A DNA stretch of 64,000 nt from Candidatus Bathyarchaeota archaeon (GCA_963715865.1 OY970280.1:640001-704000); one strand, 5' to 3'. Positions 9,719 to 20,325 are shown, counted from the first letter of the stretch. Notes: a model not told the origin generated them from the letters alone. Numbers and translations are program-made.

Positions 9719-10080
9719 AGGTTTATGACCACCTCTTGGATTTTGTCGTTTATTCTTAGGGTTAACTCGAGGTCAATCTTGGTAGCGTTTTGGATAAGCG
9801 TGGATTGAATGTTGACTGTTGTTTCTGGCGGGATCATAACTGTGGCGACCGTGATTTTGGGTTCAGTTGCGGGTTCCTTTTCTTCTGGGATCAGTTCTTT
9901 CCATTCGGGTTTAATCTTGATTCTCTGAGTTTGGTCTTCATATTCGATTATGCCTTGTTTGGAGAGAAACTGTGAGAATTCAGTGAGTTTGTCTGCTGGA
10001 ATTTCGATTTGTTTTGCTAACTCAGGTATGTTGTGCCATTCTCCGTCTTTTAGGATGGCGAAGAAATTTTCGATGTCCAA
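9715..10080 (-). CDS. Hypothetical protein with N-terminal wHTH-like segment
   Basis: ILKDGEWHNIPELAKQIEIP...FLSKQGIIEY. Confidence 0.7.
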   Translation of the reverse strand: MDIENFFAILKDGEWHNIPELAKQIEIPADKLTEFSQFLSKQGIIEYEDQTQRIKIKPEWKELIPEEKEPATEPKITVATVMIPPETTVNIQSTLIQNATKIDLELTLRINDKIQEVVINL

Positions 10081-10396
10081 GGTTGTTCTGGATTGATGTA
10101 TTGGTTAGGGTGTATTTAAGTCAAGCAGAACCTTTGGTAGAGCTTCAATTAGTTTGTGCTTCTGTATTTTTTGGTTGATTTTTTTAGAAAATCGACGTGT
10201 ATAATCAGTATTTTTGAGCTGTATCTGAGGTGTATGCTCTTTGAGCAGTACCTTCAGAGCCTTACTTTTGGTTCTACATATTTTATAACCTTTGCAGTGT
10301 TACGTATAGATGCTATTTGAATCCGAGTCTGAGGAGAAGCGGGCCTCGGGTTCGCGGTTGCTTTTCTGCTCTGGATGGCACGGGGGGGATGACTAA

Positions 10397-10792
10397 GTGT
10401 TAACTCGTGAGGAGGGGGTTTCGCGTGTGTTGGCGGATGATATCAGAGAGGAGTGGAGGTTGCTGTGGAGCGGTCGCATCGACGATAAGGTTCGCGCTGA
10501 GGGCTTAGCGAGCAAGAGTTTCTCGTTGTTATCTGTTGAACGGGGCACCGTCATCAAGGCTACCAGGGATTTTAAGGCGCTAGACCTTAGGGAGATTCTG
10601 TGCTCACACAGAGTGCAAGACGTTGAACGGGTTTTGGGTCCTTGCCCCTCAGTGGGCGGGTGGACGAAATTCGCCAAGACAGTTTTGAACAAGCAGGGTC
10701 GCACTCGAAGGTTTGCCGAGGAGTTGCCTGAGCGGAAGTTGAAAAAGAATATGCAGCAGAAGCAGTGCGGTAGAGGCTGGCTCCACCTGTAG
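10397..10792 (+). CDS. Hypothetical protein
   Basis: 131-aa ORF, first gene of a co-oriented run. Confidence 0.65.
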   Translation: MLTREEGVSRVLADDIREEWRLLWSGRIDDKVRAEGLASKSFSLLSVERGTVIKATRDFKALDLREILCSHRVQDVERVLGPCPSVGGWTKFAKTVLNKQGRTRRFAEELPERKLKKNMQQKQCGRGWLHL

Positions 10793-10836
10793 TTAAAAGC
10801 CAATATGGGTTTTAGGAAATTTCTTCTCTGTTCTGC

Positions 10837-11241
10837 TTGGATTCTCTGGTTTTTCAAAGTAGTGTAGAGGTGTTTGTTGTGTTGTTTTCTTATGGAAATG
10901 GTAAGAACAAGAATCGGGGCAAATTGGATATTGTTCGTGAGATGCTTAGTGTTGCGTCCGTCAAGGTGCGGAAGACCAGGATCATGTATCAGGCCAACTT
11001 GAGTTTTGTCCAGGTTGAACGGTACCTTCAAAGTTTATTGGAAAGCGGCTTGGTCGAGTCTTTTGATGGTGCTTTTTATTTGATTACTCCGAAGGGAAAG
11101 GAGTTCCTTCAAATGTACACTGAATATTTGACGCGGGTACGGCGAATAGGCGAAGAAGCCGCCGAGACTGAGAAGAGCAGGCTGCAGCTTGAAAGTATGT
11201 GCGTGAACAACAAGAAACACTCTGAACAGAGCGTTAGCTAG
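10837..11241 (+). CDS. Winged-HTH transcriptional regulator (HTH_45-like); start uncertain
   Basis: RGKLDIVREML...KTRIMYQANLSF...YLITPKGKEFL. Confidence 0.85.
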   Translation: MDSLVFQSSVEVFVVLFSYGNGKNKNRGKLDIVREMLSVASVKVRKTRIMYQANLSFVQVERYLQSLLESGLVESFDGAFYLITPKGKEFLQMYTEYLTRVRRIGEEAAETEKSRLQLESMCVNNKKHSEQSVS

Positions 11242-11382
11242 GAAAAAATGTGTTTAGGGTTATCGTTTGTCGGGAATCGTCGCTGATGTGGGTTGAACAT
11301 TGAAGATAAGGTTCTAGTGGTTCTTGTTTTGAATCAGGTTCCATGCAGAAACGAACCAACCCGCGATGGGAGGGGTTTGAGA

Positions 11383-11883
11383 ATGAAAATCGGCGCTAAA
11401 ACTTGGGCTTTGTCATTTTTGTTTTTGTTGGTTGCGTCAGGTTTTGTTTCTGATCGGTGTTTTTGTGTTTCCGGTGATAGTCAAGGTTCTTCAAGATTAG
11501 CGGATGCGGAGCAAGCGGTTGGCCAGGCTTTTAACGCTGTTTTGGCAGCTGAGCATGCTGGGGCAAACGTCACCAGCTTGCTAAATCAATTAAACGGTGC
11601 AGAAGACCTTTTAGCTCAAGCAGAAAACGTATACAGAACCGGCGATGACAACACAGCCGCAAACAAGGCCGACGCCGTTCTTCTGATTGCACAACAAGTT
11701 ACAACAGCGGCACAAACTGCGAAAGAAACAGCTCCAACTTTGGCTCAAACTTTTTTTTGGTCAACTATAACAGTGATTTATGCTATTGAGTTCGTTTTGG
11801 TCTTGTTTTTGGTTTGGTGTCAGTTTAAGCGAAGATACATTAACAGTTTATCTGAAACAAAACCCGAGGTAACCAGTCAATGA
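11383..11883 (+). CDS. Exported/membrane protein with helical Ala-rich domain and C-terminal TM
   Basis: ATG at 11383 after a GGAGGGG Shine-Dalgarno (SD) site. Has a signal-like N-terminus and a C-terminal hydrophobic helix followed by KRR. Confidence 0.7.
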   Translation: MKIGAKTWALSFLFLLVASGFVSDRCFCVSGDSQGSSRLADAEQAVGQAFNAVLAAEHAGANVTSLLNQLNGAEDLLAQAENVYRTGDDNTAANKADAVLLIAQQVTTAAQTAKETAPTLAQTFFWSTITVIYAIEFVLVLFLVWCQFKRRYINSLSETKPEVTSQ

Positions 11884-12494
11884 AGCTAAATGATTACAAA
11901 CTTATTTTCGTCGCTGTAGGCTTAATTGGCATCTTGCTCATTGCGACTCCTGCTTTAGTTTCTGTTATTCGTCTTCCAGGTGGAGAGCAATTTTCCGAGC
12001 TTTATCTCTTAGGTCCAGGGCAAATGGCTGAGAACTATCCGTCCAACGTTATGACGGGTCTAAACTATTCGGTCTACGTAGGCGTGGGTAATCATTTGGG
12101 CTCTTCAGCCTATTACGTGTTATACGTGAAGTTTGGGAATCAAACCGATCAGTTGCCCGACAGCACCAGTGCAACACCCAGCCCTCTTGCGCTGTTGTAT
12201 GAATATCGGTTTTTTGTCCAAGACGGCGGGACATGGGAAAGCCCATTGACTTTTTCGGTGACTGATGCTTACGTTTTGGGCAATCAATCCATGATAAAAA
12301 CGCTAACGGTAAACGGCCTCGCGTTTGGTGTGGACAAACCTGCTGCCTGGGACGTGAACAGCACCGAGTTCACTTATCAGCTTTTCTTGGAGCTCTGGAT
12401 ATACAATGTCCAAAACAATTCTATTCAATTTAACAATCGCTTTGTCGGTCTTCACCTTAATTTGACGCAGACTGCCATTCCAAGCACATCTTAA
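11880..12494 (+). CDS. DUF1616-like membrane-anchored protein
   Basis: EQFSELYLLGP...AENYPSNV...VYVGVGNH pattern. ATGA overlap with the upstream gene. Confidence 0.75.
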   Translation: MKLNDYKLIFVAVGLIGILLIATPALVSVIRLPGGEQFSELYLLGPGQMAENYPSNVMTGLNYSVYVGVGNHLGSSAYYVLYVKFGNQTDQLPDSTSATPSPLALLYEYRFFVQDGGTWESPLTFSVTDAYVLGNQSMIKTLTVNGLAFGVDKPAAWDVNSTEFTYQLFLELWIYNVQNNSIQFNNRFVGLHLNLTQTAIPSTS

Positions 12495-12670
12495 ATGGTT
12501 GTTTACAGGGTTTTCATGATTTTTTGTAGAGATTGTTCTAGAATTTGGTTCGCGTTAATTCCATGTTTGTTTAAGTGTTGGTGAAATGAAATGAGCATTG
12601 GAATACATTCTGGTTTGCAGGCGGTGTCGCTAGTTTGAAGGGGGTAGCAGGGACGCTCTTAGTTCCTTTG

Positions 12671-13060
12671 TTGAAAATTCCCTTAGCGAAGCCTGTGTTT
12701 GATAGAGAGATGGAAGAGGCAGCAGTCGAAGCTCTTCGAAATGAGCGGTTTGTTTTGGGCGAGAGTGTTCGGAAATTCGAGGAAGAATTTGCTAAGTACT
12801 GTGGAACCGACTATGCAGTGTCCACTAATTCTGGAACAGACGTGTTGCATATTGCTCAGTTGGCTACGGATATTGGTCCAAATCGTCGTGTAGTGACTTC
12901 GCCAGCTTCGTTCATTGCCACTGCCAATGCGATCATTCACGCCAATAATTTGCCTGTCTTTTCGGACATCAATTTAGAGAATTATACGCTCGACTCTGAG
13001 ATGTTAAGCAAAGCTGTATGTGCGAAAACGAAAGCGGTCATTCCTGTGCATTTGTATGGT
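12671..13060 (+). pseudogene. N-terminal fragment of a DegT/DnrJ/EryC1/StrS aminotransferase
   Basis: MKIPLAKP...FEEEFAKYCG...NSGT...SFIATANA...VIPVHLYG. Homology stops at 13060, before the PLP-binding Asp and Lys; the frame runs on to a stop at 13171. Confidence 0.85.
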
Positions 13061-13167
13061 ACGCACTGGTTAGTGTTCTTTCATTTAAAATGGCTGAATC
13101 GCAGACTTGGCGTTTGGAATATTAACAGAAAAAAAATTGTTGATTTTTTGGAAAGGAGGGTGGTTTT

Positions 13168-14223
13168 GTGACGTTTCGGTATAACTATGTTGGAAGTCTG
13201 ATGGAACGTCTATTGCAGAATAATGGGTTCCCTCTTCAATTGGAACTTCATCCTGGTTCACATTGTGGACCTTTTGATTGCCCTTATTGCTATGGTAAAC
13301 AGCAAGTATTATGTGACGGCTCGATGGACACGACAGACTATGGCCAGTTGTTCGATGAACTGGAGGGGTATAGATTATTTGTTGAAATCTCCGGGATTCG
13401 AAGTGATCCTTTAAGTTATCCTGATTTTTGCGGCTTGCTAGATATTGTCAAAAGAAAGAAATTTAGTTACGGTATTCACACAAAAGGATACTTCTTAAAT
13501 GCACAAATAATTAAGCTTCTAAATTCGGAGTCTGACTCACCAGATTGCATCACGATAAGCGTCGATTCTGCAAACGCCAGTACTTACAATAACCTGCATG
13601 GGCTATCCCCAAACAGTAACGTATTCAATATGGTAAGGGAAAACATTATTCGACTTCACCAAGAAAAGGTAAAAAGAAAATCGTCTCTCAAAATTAAACT
13701 TGCCTATTTATTGTTTGCTGACAACTCTTCTGAAGAGCAGATCAAAGAATTCATCAGTACTTTTGGAGACCATGCTGATGTCATACGTTTCTCAATCCCA
13801 CAAGTACCTAACGCGGCGGAACCTCAAAACTATCTAAAGAGCGAGTTTATCCCTGAAACCTTTGACATGCTTAAAAAATATGAAAACGACAAAATCATAA
13901 TATTGAATTTCCGGCAGTCAAAGCACAACGAAAGTTTCCATTCCTGTTGGTCCCAGCGATTCAACGCCACAATCGACAAAGCAGGTAACGTCTTTCCATG
14001 TCCGCAAGTTGCTCTCAGAAACTATGCGAACTTGATCCTCGGAAACGTAAGAAAAGACCGATTTTTGAATATATGGAATTCTGAAAAAAGGAGCCAATTG
14101 TTAGCTATGCCCGTCAAAGAAATGAATTGCAGAGTTTGCGATCGAAAAGATGAGTCCATAAACATAGAGCTGAACAAACTGATGAACGTCAATCGATTTG
14201 TCATAAGTAGTGAAAATGGATAG
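13168..14223 (+). CDS. Radical SAM enzyme with C-terminal twitch/SPASM-like domain
   Basis: N-terminal ELHPGSHCGPFDCPYC (CX4CX2C). C-terminal CW...IDKAGNVFPC...GNV...IWNS...CRVC. Confidence 0.85.
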   Translation: MTFRYNYVGSLMERLLQNNGFPLQLELHPGSHCGPFDCPYCYGKQQVLCDGSMDTTDYGQLFDELEGYRLFVEISGIRSDPLSYPDFCGLLDIVKRKKFSYGIHTKGYFLNAQIIKLLNSESDSPDCITISVDSANASTYNNLHGLSPNSNVFNMVRENIIRLHQEKVKRKSSLKIKLAYLLFADNSSEEQIKEFISTFGDHADVIRFSIPQVPNAAEPQNYLKSEFIPETFDMLKKYENDKIIILNFRQSKHNESFHSCWSQRFNATIDKAGNVFPCPQVALRNYANLILGNVRKDRFLNIWNSEKRSQLLAMPVKEMNCRVCDRKDESINIELNKLMNVNRFVISSENG

Positions 14224-14253
14224 TGCAATTTAAAAAAATAAGGTGATAATAAA

Positions 14254-15381
14254 CTGGAAAGAATTCGAATACCAATATGCGAGCCAACTTTAACTGGAGG
14301 GCGCGAAATTGAATACCTATCAAATTGTATTAGATCAAACTGGATATCGTCAAAAGGAAATTATGTGACTGAATTTGAAAAAAGATTCAGCAGATTCTGC
14401 AATGCGGAATACGGAATTGCCACTTCGAGCGGGACAACTGCCTTGCACTTAGCGTTGGTGGCTTTGGGAGTGGGAAAAGGCGACGAGGTAATTTTGCCCA
14501 CACTCACCATGATTGCGACGGCCAATCCTGTAATTTTTGCGGGTGCGACTCCTGTTTTTGTTGATTCAGAACCAAACACGTGGAACATTGATGTTGCTGC
14601 AATTGAAGAAAAAATAACTGATAGAACTAGAGCAATACTGCCAGTTCACATATATGGTCATCCAGTGGACATGGATCCGCTCTTGAGTCTCGCCAAAAAG
14701 CACAACTTGTTTGTTGTAGAGGACGCTGCTGAAGCCCATGGAGCCGAGTACAAAGGCAGGATTGTTGGATGTTTGGGTGACATTGGATGTTTTAGTTTTT
14801 ACACAAACAAAATCATAACGACAGGAGAGGGAGGAATGACGGTAACTAAAAACAGTGAAACTGCAGAAAAGCTAAACCTGCTCAGGGATCTTGCTCATAG
14901 CAAAGAAAAAAGATATCTACACTACCAAATTGGTTTCAATTATAGAATGACGAATCTCCAAGCAGCGATCGGAGTAGCACAAATGGAACGAATTGACGAA
15001 TTTATCAGAAACAGGCGAAGAAACGCGAAATTGTACAACTCAATTCTGAGAGACATAAAAGGAATAACTTTGCCCCCTGAAGCAGATTGGGCAAAGAACA
15101 TTTATTGGTTATACTCTATATTGATACAAGACGACTTTGGAACTAGCAGAGACGAACTACTAACAAAACTAGCTGAAAGAGGAATTGAGACTAGACCCTT
15201 TTTTATTCCGATGCACAAGCAACCTGTGTTTGAAGAAATGGGATTAATTAGCGGAGATTACCCAATTGCTGATGAACTCTGTGCAAAGGGGATATGCCTA
15301 CCATCCAGTTCTTCTCTTAAAGAAAACCAAATAAACTACGTTTGCGATGCTATCAAAGAAATCCAAAAAACTGCCAAGTAA
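14254..15381 (+). CDS. DegT/DnrJ-family (perosamine-synthase-like) PLP-dependent sugar aminotransferase
   Basis: Frame extends upstream of the track start to a CTG at 14254 after an AGGTGA SD. Motifs IPICEP, WISSKG, VEDAAEAHG, SFYTNKIITTGEGG (PLP Lys) and GFNYRMTN. Confidence 0.93.
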   Translation: MERIRIPICEPTLTGGREIEYLSNCIRSNWISSKGNYVTEFEKRFSRFCNAEYGIATSSGTTALHLALVALGVGKGDEVILPTLTMIATANPVIFAGATPVFVDSEPNTWNIDVAAIEEKITDRTRAILPVHIYGHPVDMDPLLSLAKKHNLFVVEDAAEAHGAEYKGRIVGCLGDIGCFSFYTNKIITTGEGGMTVTKNSETAEKLNLLRDLAHSKEKRYLHYQIGFNYRMTNLQAAIGVAQMERIDEFIRNRRRNAKLYNSILRDIKGITLPPEADWAKNIYWLYSILIQDDFGTSRDELLTKLAERGIETRPFFIPMHKQPVFEEMGLISGDYPIADELCAKGICLPSSSSLKENQINYVCDAIKEIQKTAK

Positions 15382-15542
15382 AATGGGATTAGATTCAAAC
15401 GCGACAGTTGTCATGCTCCTTCTAAATGGCGGACTTCTCAAAGCGTTCGACGTGGCAAAAGAAGAAAGGGCAAATATTAAAAACTTTTGCCTTTCACGCT
15501 TGTTTTTTCTTGTTCTTGAATCCAGCTTATGAGTGACCTTTT

Positions 15543-16241
15543 GTGGTGAATGGTCTATCTTTGGTAATGGCAACCCGAAACGAGTCTGAGTGCATTGTGG
15601 AAATAGTCAGAAAGCTCGCTTCGGTTCTTTCCAAACTGCCATTGAATACCGAACTTATTATTGCCGATTACAGCGAGGATGATACGCTAGAATTGGCAGT
15701 AGCGGCAGGCGAAAGATACTCGCTAAAAGTGGTTCCGCTAGAAGTCAATCGTCCCGGAAGAGGATATGCCGTGCGGATGGGCCTTGCAGCTGCATGTTTT
15801 GATTTGATCTGTCTAATAGATGGTGATGGCAATCACGATCCAAAATACATTCCAAAGCTGCTTGAAGCCTACAAGCCAGGATGCATCGTATCTCCAACAC
15901 GTTTTCCTCCGCTCGGATGGAGTGAAGAGCATACTTTTTTCCATTATTTTGGAAATAGGCTTATGGTAATTTCTGTTAATTTGCTTTTCAGGTCGAGTGT
16001 ATCTGATATTACAAACGGCTTCTATCTCATGAGCCGACAGGTATGGGACTACCTTCACCCGGATTCAAACAATTGGTCGCTCGACGCTCAAATAATATGT
16101 CGAGCTATAAAGAGAGGCGTTGAAATTATTGAAATTCCATATTATGAGCCCAAACGCAAGGGAGGGCGAGCTGGTCTGAAACTTGTTACTGCCTTTTGGA
16201 GAATAGGTGGGCGAGTATTCTTAGAGAGTGTAGTACTGTAG
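15543..16241 (+). CDS. Glycosyltransferase family 2 (Dol-P-sugar synthase-like)
   Basis: ATRNESE, IIADYSEDDT, GRGYAVRMG, IDGDGNHDP, SDITNGFY. Confidence 0.88.
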   Translation: MVNGLSLVMATRNESECIVEIVRKLASVLSKLPLNTELIIADYSEDDTLELAVAAGERYSLKVVPLEVNRPGRGYAVRMGLAAACFDLICLIDGDGNHDPKYIPKLLEAYKPGCIVSPTRFPPLGWSEEHTFFHYFGNRLMVISVNLLFRSSVSDITNGFYLMSRQVWDYLHPDSNNWSLDAQIICRAIKRGVEIIEIPYYEPKRKGGRAGLKLVTAFWRIGGRVFLESVVL

Positions 16242-16380
16242 CAATTGGAGCACTATATCCTCGTATTTATAAATTAAAACGTGACCATGAATGAGCGCGT
16301 CAACCAAGTTATCCCTATCAAACTTTGGCAAGTTCGCCTTCTCCGGGCTTTAGCAATTTTATGAAAGAGATGAACAAAAC

Positions 16381-17589
16381 ATGAGAATATTAGTTTTGCC
16401 TCCAAACGACTACCTAGGTAATCCCAACCCCTGCAGATTACATCACATTTTTGAGCAATTTCCAGCCTTTGGCGACGAGATTTTTGTAATGCGTTTTTCA
16501 CTGCGGGACAAAATAATTAGAAAGAGCAACTTAAACGTACTTTCCATTGGGGATGTTAGGTCTAAATCACTTCCTGCCTACTATCTCATTAATAGTGGCA
16601 TCTTCGCAAAAGCATCAATGGAAATAATTAATAGATTTGATATAGACATTGTTCTTTTTGCAAATTTGTACCCGCCATACGTAGTTTCAAAGGTAATCCC
16701 ACCAGAACTTCTTTCCATTGTGGACCTTGTCGATCACTATCCGGCTGTAGCCGCGGAAAATGTTCCAAGAATCATCCCGAAACGATTTGTTGACTCCGTA
16801 TTCTCCCGTATAATGAAATCTGTTTTCACTAACTCCGACTCTACGATAGCCTGTTCTTTTCCTCTTGCCGAATACGCAAAAGAAAGCGGAGCAAAAGATG
16901 TTCACAGGATTCCCAACGGCGTTGAAGAGTTTTTTTTCTGGGATTACGAAAAAGAGGGTATTCAACTTCGCCATAAACTTGGTATTCAAGACTCGGACCT
17001 TTTAATGTGCTTCGTCGGAAACATAGAGTATTGGTTGGATATGGAAAACTTGCTAAAAGCAATTTACATGGTCAAGAAAAATGCTAAGAAAAGAATAAAG
17101 TTCTTGATTGTTGGAGGAAAACTTACAACAAACTACGTAAATGTTATCGAGAATCAAGCAAGAGCACTAAATCTAGAAGAAAATGTAATTCGCGTTGGTT
17201 TCATTTCTCACCATGAGGTCCCGAAATACATCGCTGCGTCCGACATCTGTGTCAGTCCTAAGAATATTCGAGATCCAGTTTCTTACTACTCATCACCGGT
17301 TAAGGTCTGGGAATATTTAGCCCAGGGAAAACCAGTCATATCTACTCCCATACCTGAAGTAGTCGTTACTGCGAGTGAATGCGTGTCAATGGCGAACACG
17401 AGTGCGGAATACTTCTCCTGTATCATGTCCTTCTTAGATGATCCAAGCGTTCTACTCGGGAAAGCGAAGAAGGGAAAAGCGCTTGCCAGTGCCTATTCTT
17501 GGTCAAAGATTGCCAAGTCCTATAGGACCATGCTCTCAGGTCTTCTGAACCAAAAGAACAGACTATGTAGCTCGCCAGTAGCGCATTAA
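16381..17589 (+). CDS. Glycosyltransferase family 4
   Basis: IPNGV, FVGNI and SPVKVWEYLAQGKPVIST motifs. Confidence 0.92.
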   Translation: MRILVLPPNDYLGNPNPCRLHHIFEQFPAFGDEIFVMRFSLRDKIIRKSNLNVLSIGDVRSKSLPAYYLINSGIFAKASMEIINRFDIDIVLFANLYPPYVVSKVIPPELLSIVDLVDHYPAVAAENVPRIIPKRFVDSVFSRIMKSVFTNSDSTIACSFPLAEYAKESGAKDVHRIPNGVEEFFFWDYEKEGIQLRHKLGIQDSDLLMCFVGNIEYWLDMENLLKAIYMVKKNAKKRIKFLIVGGKLTTNYVNVIENQARALNLEENVIRVGFISHHEVPKYIAASDICVSPKNIRDPVSYYSSPVKVWEYLAQGKPVISTPIPEVVVTASECVSMANTSAEYFSCIMSFLDDPSVLLGKAKKGKALASAYSWSKIAKSYRTMLSGLLNQKNRLCSSPVAH

Positions 17590-17747
17590 TTAATGTGATC
17601 GAACTCAGTCCAAAGGGCGATTATTTAAGCATATTCCTCTTTTTGTTTCAGCGTACAATTGATTTTGTAAGAAATCAAGCGCAGGTTTTTTTGACCAATC
17701 GAAAAGTGGTTTGAGGAGACATAGGTCTAATTGAGATCTACGAATAT

Positions 17748-18938
17748 TTGGGTGGTCATGTGAAAGTAGCTTTGATTAGCGAGGAGGGAGGAGGCCTCTC
17801 AACAGTTTCCAAGGGTATCGGCAAAGGTCTCTCGGAAAAAAAAATCTATACCACAATATTCACTGGCGCTATCAAATCTGCTCCTCGAACTGAAAGACTT
17901 AATGAGTATTTTGAAATCGTGTATCTGCCTAATCTTGATTTCCCTCCGAGACCCATTTGGTTTCAGGCTCAAAACATAGCAAGGCTATTGAGAACATTAG
18001 ATCACTCAATAATCCATGGGGTGAGCCCAAATGCCTCGCTTGGTTTGGCTCTCTTTAAGAAACAACTCGCAAGTCCATATGTCGCAACGATTCAGGATCC
18101 CATCAGAACACGTCAAAGAGAATTTGTTAATCAACCTTTCAATTCATGGAATTTGCAGGAATTTGGGTACTTCATCTTGGAGTACCCCCTAAACTATTAT
18201 ACTATCGAAAAAGCCCTGCACTGTTCTGACCATACAACTTTCTGTAGCTACGCAGTTTTGAGAGACATAAACGCCTGCATGAACATAGATCACAGCAAAA
18301 CTTCGGTGATCTACAATGGCGTGGATTTTGAGGAAATTGAAAATGTTAAGGTTGTGCAATCTGAGAACGGAAGTGATATCTCGATAGTCTATGCCGGACG
18401 ATTGTACTCATCGAAAGGAGCGATGTTTCTGCTGGAAGCATTTGACAGAATAAAGAATGATGTTAAGAATATTCGTCTTCAGATTTTTGGAAAAGGACCA
18501 TTAGAGTCAAATATTGACAGTTTTATTTCAAATTCCGGTCTAACGAATAGGGTAAGTCGCGTGGGTTGCGTTTCACATGAGAGGTTAATTTCTGAAATCA
18601 AGAAGTCGGATATCGTTGTCTTTCCAAGTTTGAGCGAGGCCCAGTCAATGTTTATGCTTGAAGCGTGTGCGTGCAAAAAACCACTGATTGCTTTTGATTT
18701 ACCATTTGCACGCGAAGTTATCTCGAACCTGAAAACTGGTCTATTAACTAAACCTGGCGATATATTGGACCTTTCCGAAGGGATCAAAATGCTTGTCCAC
18801 GATGAAAAACTGCGCCGTAGACTCGGAGAGGCCGCTTATCAACATGTTAAGAAAAACCACAATTGGGACAAACTGGTCGAACTGTATCTAGAAGTTTACG
18901 AAAAAGCGAGCGCTCGTGCCCTACATTGCGCACCTTGA
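17748..18938 (+). CDS. Glycosyltransferase family 4
   Basis: IYNGVD, YAGRLYSSKG and FPSLSEAQSMFMLEA motifs. Confidence 0.92.
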   Translation: MGGHVKVALISEEGGGLSTVSKGIGKGLSEKKIYTTIFTGAIKSAPRTERLNEYFEIVYLPNLDFPPRPIWFQAQNIARLLRTLDHSIIHGVSPNASLGLALFKKQLASPYVATIQDPIRTRQREFVNQPFNSWNLQEFGYFILEYPLNYYTIEKALHCSDHTTFCSYAVLRDINACMNIDHSKTSVIYNGVDFEEIENVKVVQSENGSDISIVYAGRLYSSKGAMFLLEAFDRIKNDVKNIRLQIFGKGPLESNIDSFISNSGLTNRVSRVGCVSHERLISEIKKSDIVVFPSLSEAQSMFMLEACACKKPLIAFDLPFAREVISNLKTGLLTKPGDILDLSEGIKMLVHDEKLRRRLGEAAYQHVKKNHNWDKLVELYLEVYEKASARALHCAP

Positions 18939-18963
18939 TGTAGCCGTTAGTTAAGGTTTAAAT

Positions 18964-19307
18964 ATGAAATCGACTGGAAAAAAGATTGTGTGGGCAAGTC
19001 CACTCATTTTAGATTCTCACCTTCACAAGACGACACAACTAGAAATCTTGAAAAACCTATCCAAAAGGGGACACAATGTTCTTTTAATTGGGATGAGATC
19101 AAAAGGCACTTTCAAAATCCGCGACAATTGTTTCAATTCCCAAAAATGCTTCTGTTTCCGATAAGATACTTCCCGATTATCACCCCTGAAATGTACGCGT
19201 TCGTACTGTCGTTTTTTCTTCAGTTATATATTGCTCGTTTCGATCCTGATTTCATTATCATTGCAGCCTATTTTTTTGGTCGTGACAAAACCACTAGTTG
19301 GACGTGA
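18964..19307 (+). pseudogene. Frameshifted N-terminal fragment, probably of a GT4 glycosyltransferase
   Basis: KIVW...LHKTTQLEILKNLSKRGHNV in one frame continues as LFPIRYFPII...PDFIII in another frame, then terminates. Confidence 0.55.
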
Positions 19308-19416
19308 CACTTTGATTGCATCTAGCACCCAGGAGTATATTCTACCTACATCGTAGCGCGAGCACATGCAAAGAACTATAAAGATTTGCTTATGCTGAAT
19401 TGTGAGAGTTGCCAAA

Positions 19417-20325
19417 ATGGGTAACATGTTGATTACAGGGGGTGCGGGGTTTATCGGAAGCCATTTGGCAACGCGCCTGCTAACCGAGGGTCACAACATA
19501 ATTGTTGTCGATAATCTATCCCGTGGAAACCTGCGAAATTTGCCTAATGTCTCCGATAAACTGCGATTTGTCAAAGGAAGTATTACTGATTATGATCTAA
19601 TCGATAAGTTGGTCAAAGACATAGAGGTTGTTTTTCACCTAGCTTCATTATCGAGGGTCATGCCCAGCATCGAAAATCCTGAGAAATGTTTTAAAGAAAA
19701 CGTATATGGTGTCGAGATTATTGCAAGGTTATGCTCAAAATACAATAAGAAACTTGTTTTTTCCTCTTCACGAGAAGTCTATGGGACTGCCACCTACATC
19801 CCTGTTGATGAAAGTCATCCATTAAATCCTGAAAATCCATATGGGGCTTCAAAAATTTGCGGAGAAAAAATCATAGTCGCTTATTCGAGATGCTACGGCT
19901 TAAACTACGCAATTTTAAGGTTAGCAAATGTCTACGGTCAAAAAGACTTTGAAAGAGTAATACCTACTTTTATAGAAAAAACCTTGAGAAATGAACCGTT
20001 GATTATTTATGGTGGAAAGCAGATTATAGATTTTGTTCACGTGTCTGATATCGTGGATGTACTTCTAAAAGCTTCAAATTATGATAAAAACGTCATTGCC
20101 AATGCAGGCAGCGGAAAAGGCACGACTATAATAGATTTAGCAAAACTAATCCAAGAAATTAGTCATGGCACAAACAAAATTATCATGTGCGAAAAAAGGC
20201 AGGGCGAAGTTGAAAGTTTTGTCGCGAAAATTGACTGCGCCAAAAAACTGTTGAAATGGGAACCAAAAACAGGGCTCAAAGAAGGAATAGCATCCCTATT
20301 GGCAAGCGCGCTGAACTATCCTTGA
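19417..20325 (+). CDS. NAD-dependent epimerase/dehydratase (extended SDR)
   Basis: ITGGAGFIGSHL, SSSREVYG, YGASK and RLANVYG motifs. Confidence 0.95.
   Translation: MGNMLITGGAGFIGSHLATRLLTEGHNIIVVDNLSRGNLRNLPNVSDKLRFVKGSITDYDLIDKLVKDIEVVFHLASLSRVMPSIENPEKCFKENVYGVEIIARLCSKYNKKLVFSSSREVYGTATYIPVDESHPLNPENPYGASKICGEKIIVAYSRCYGLNYAILRLANVYGQKDFERVIPTFIEKTLRNEPLIIYGGKQIIDFVHVSDIVDVLLKASNYDKNVIANAGSGKGTTIIDLAKLIQEISHGTNKIIMCEKRQGEVESFVAKIDCAKKLLKWEPKTGLKEGIASLLASALNYP

Noticed and set aside
10393-11031. 212-aa minus-strand ORF
   Set aside because: It lies antisense to two plus-strand genes, one of which has a clear wHTH signature.
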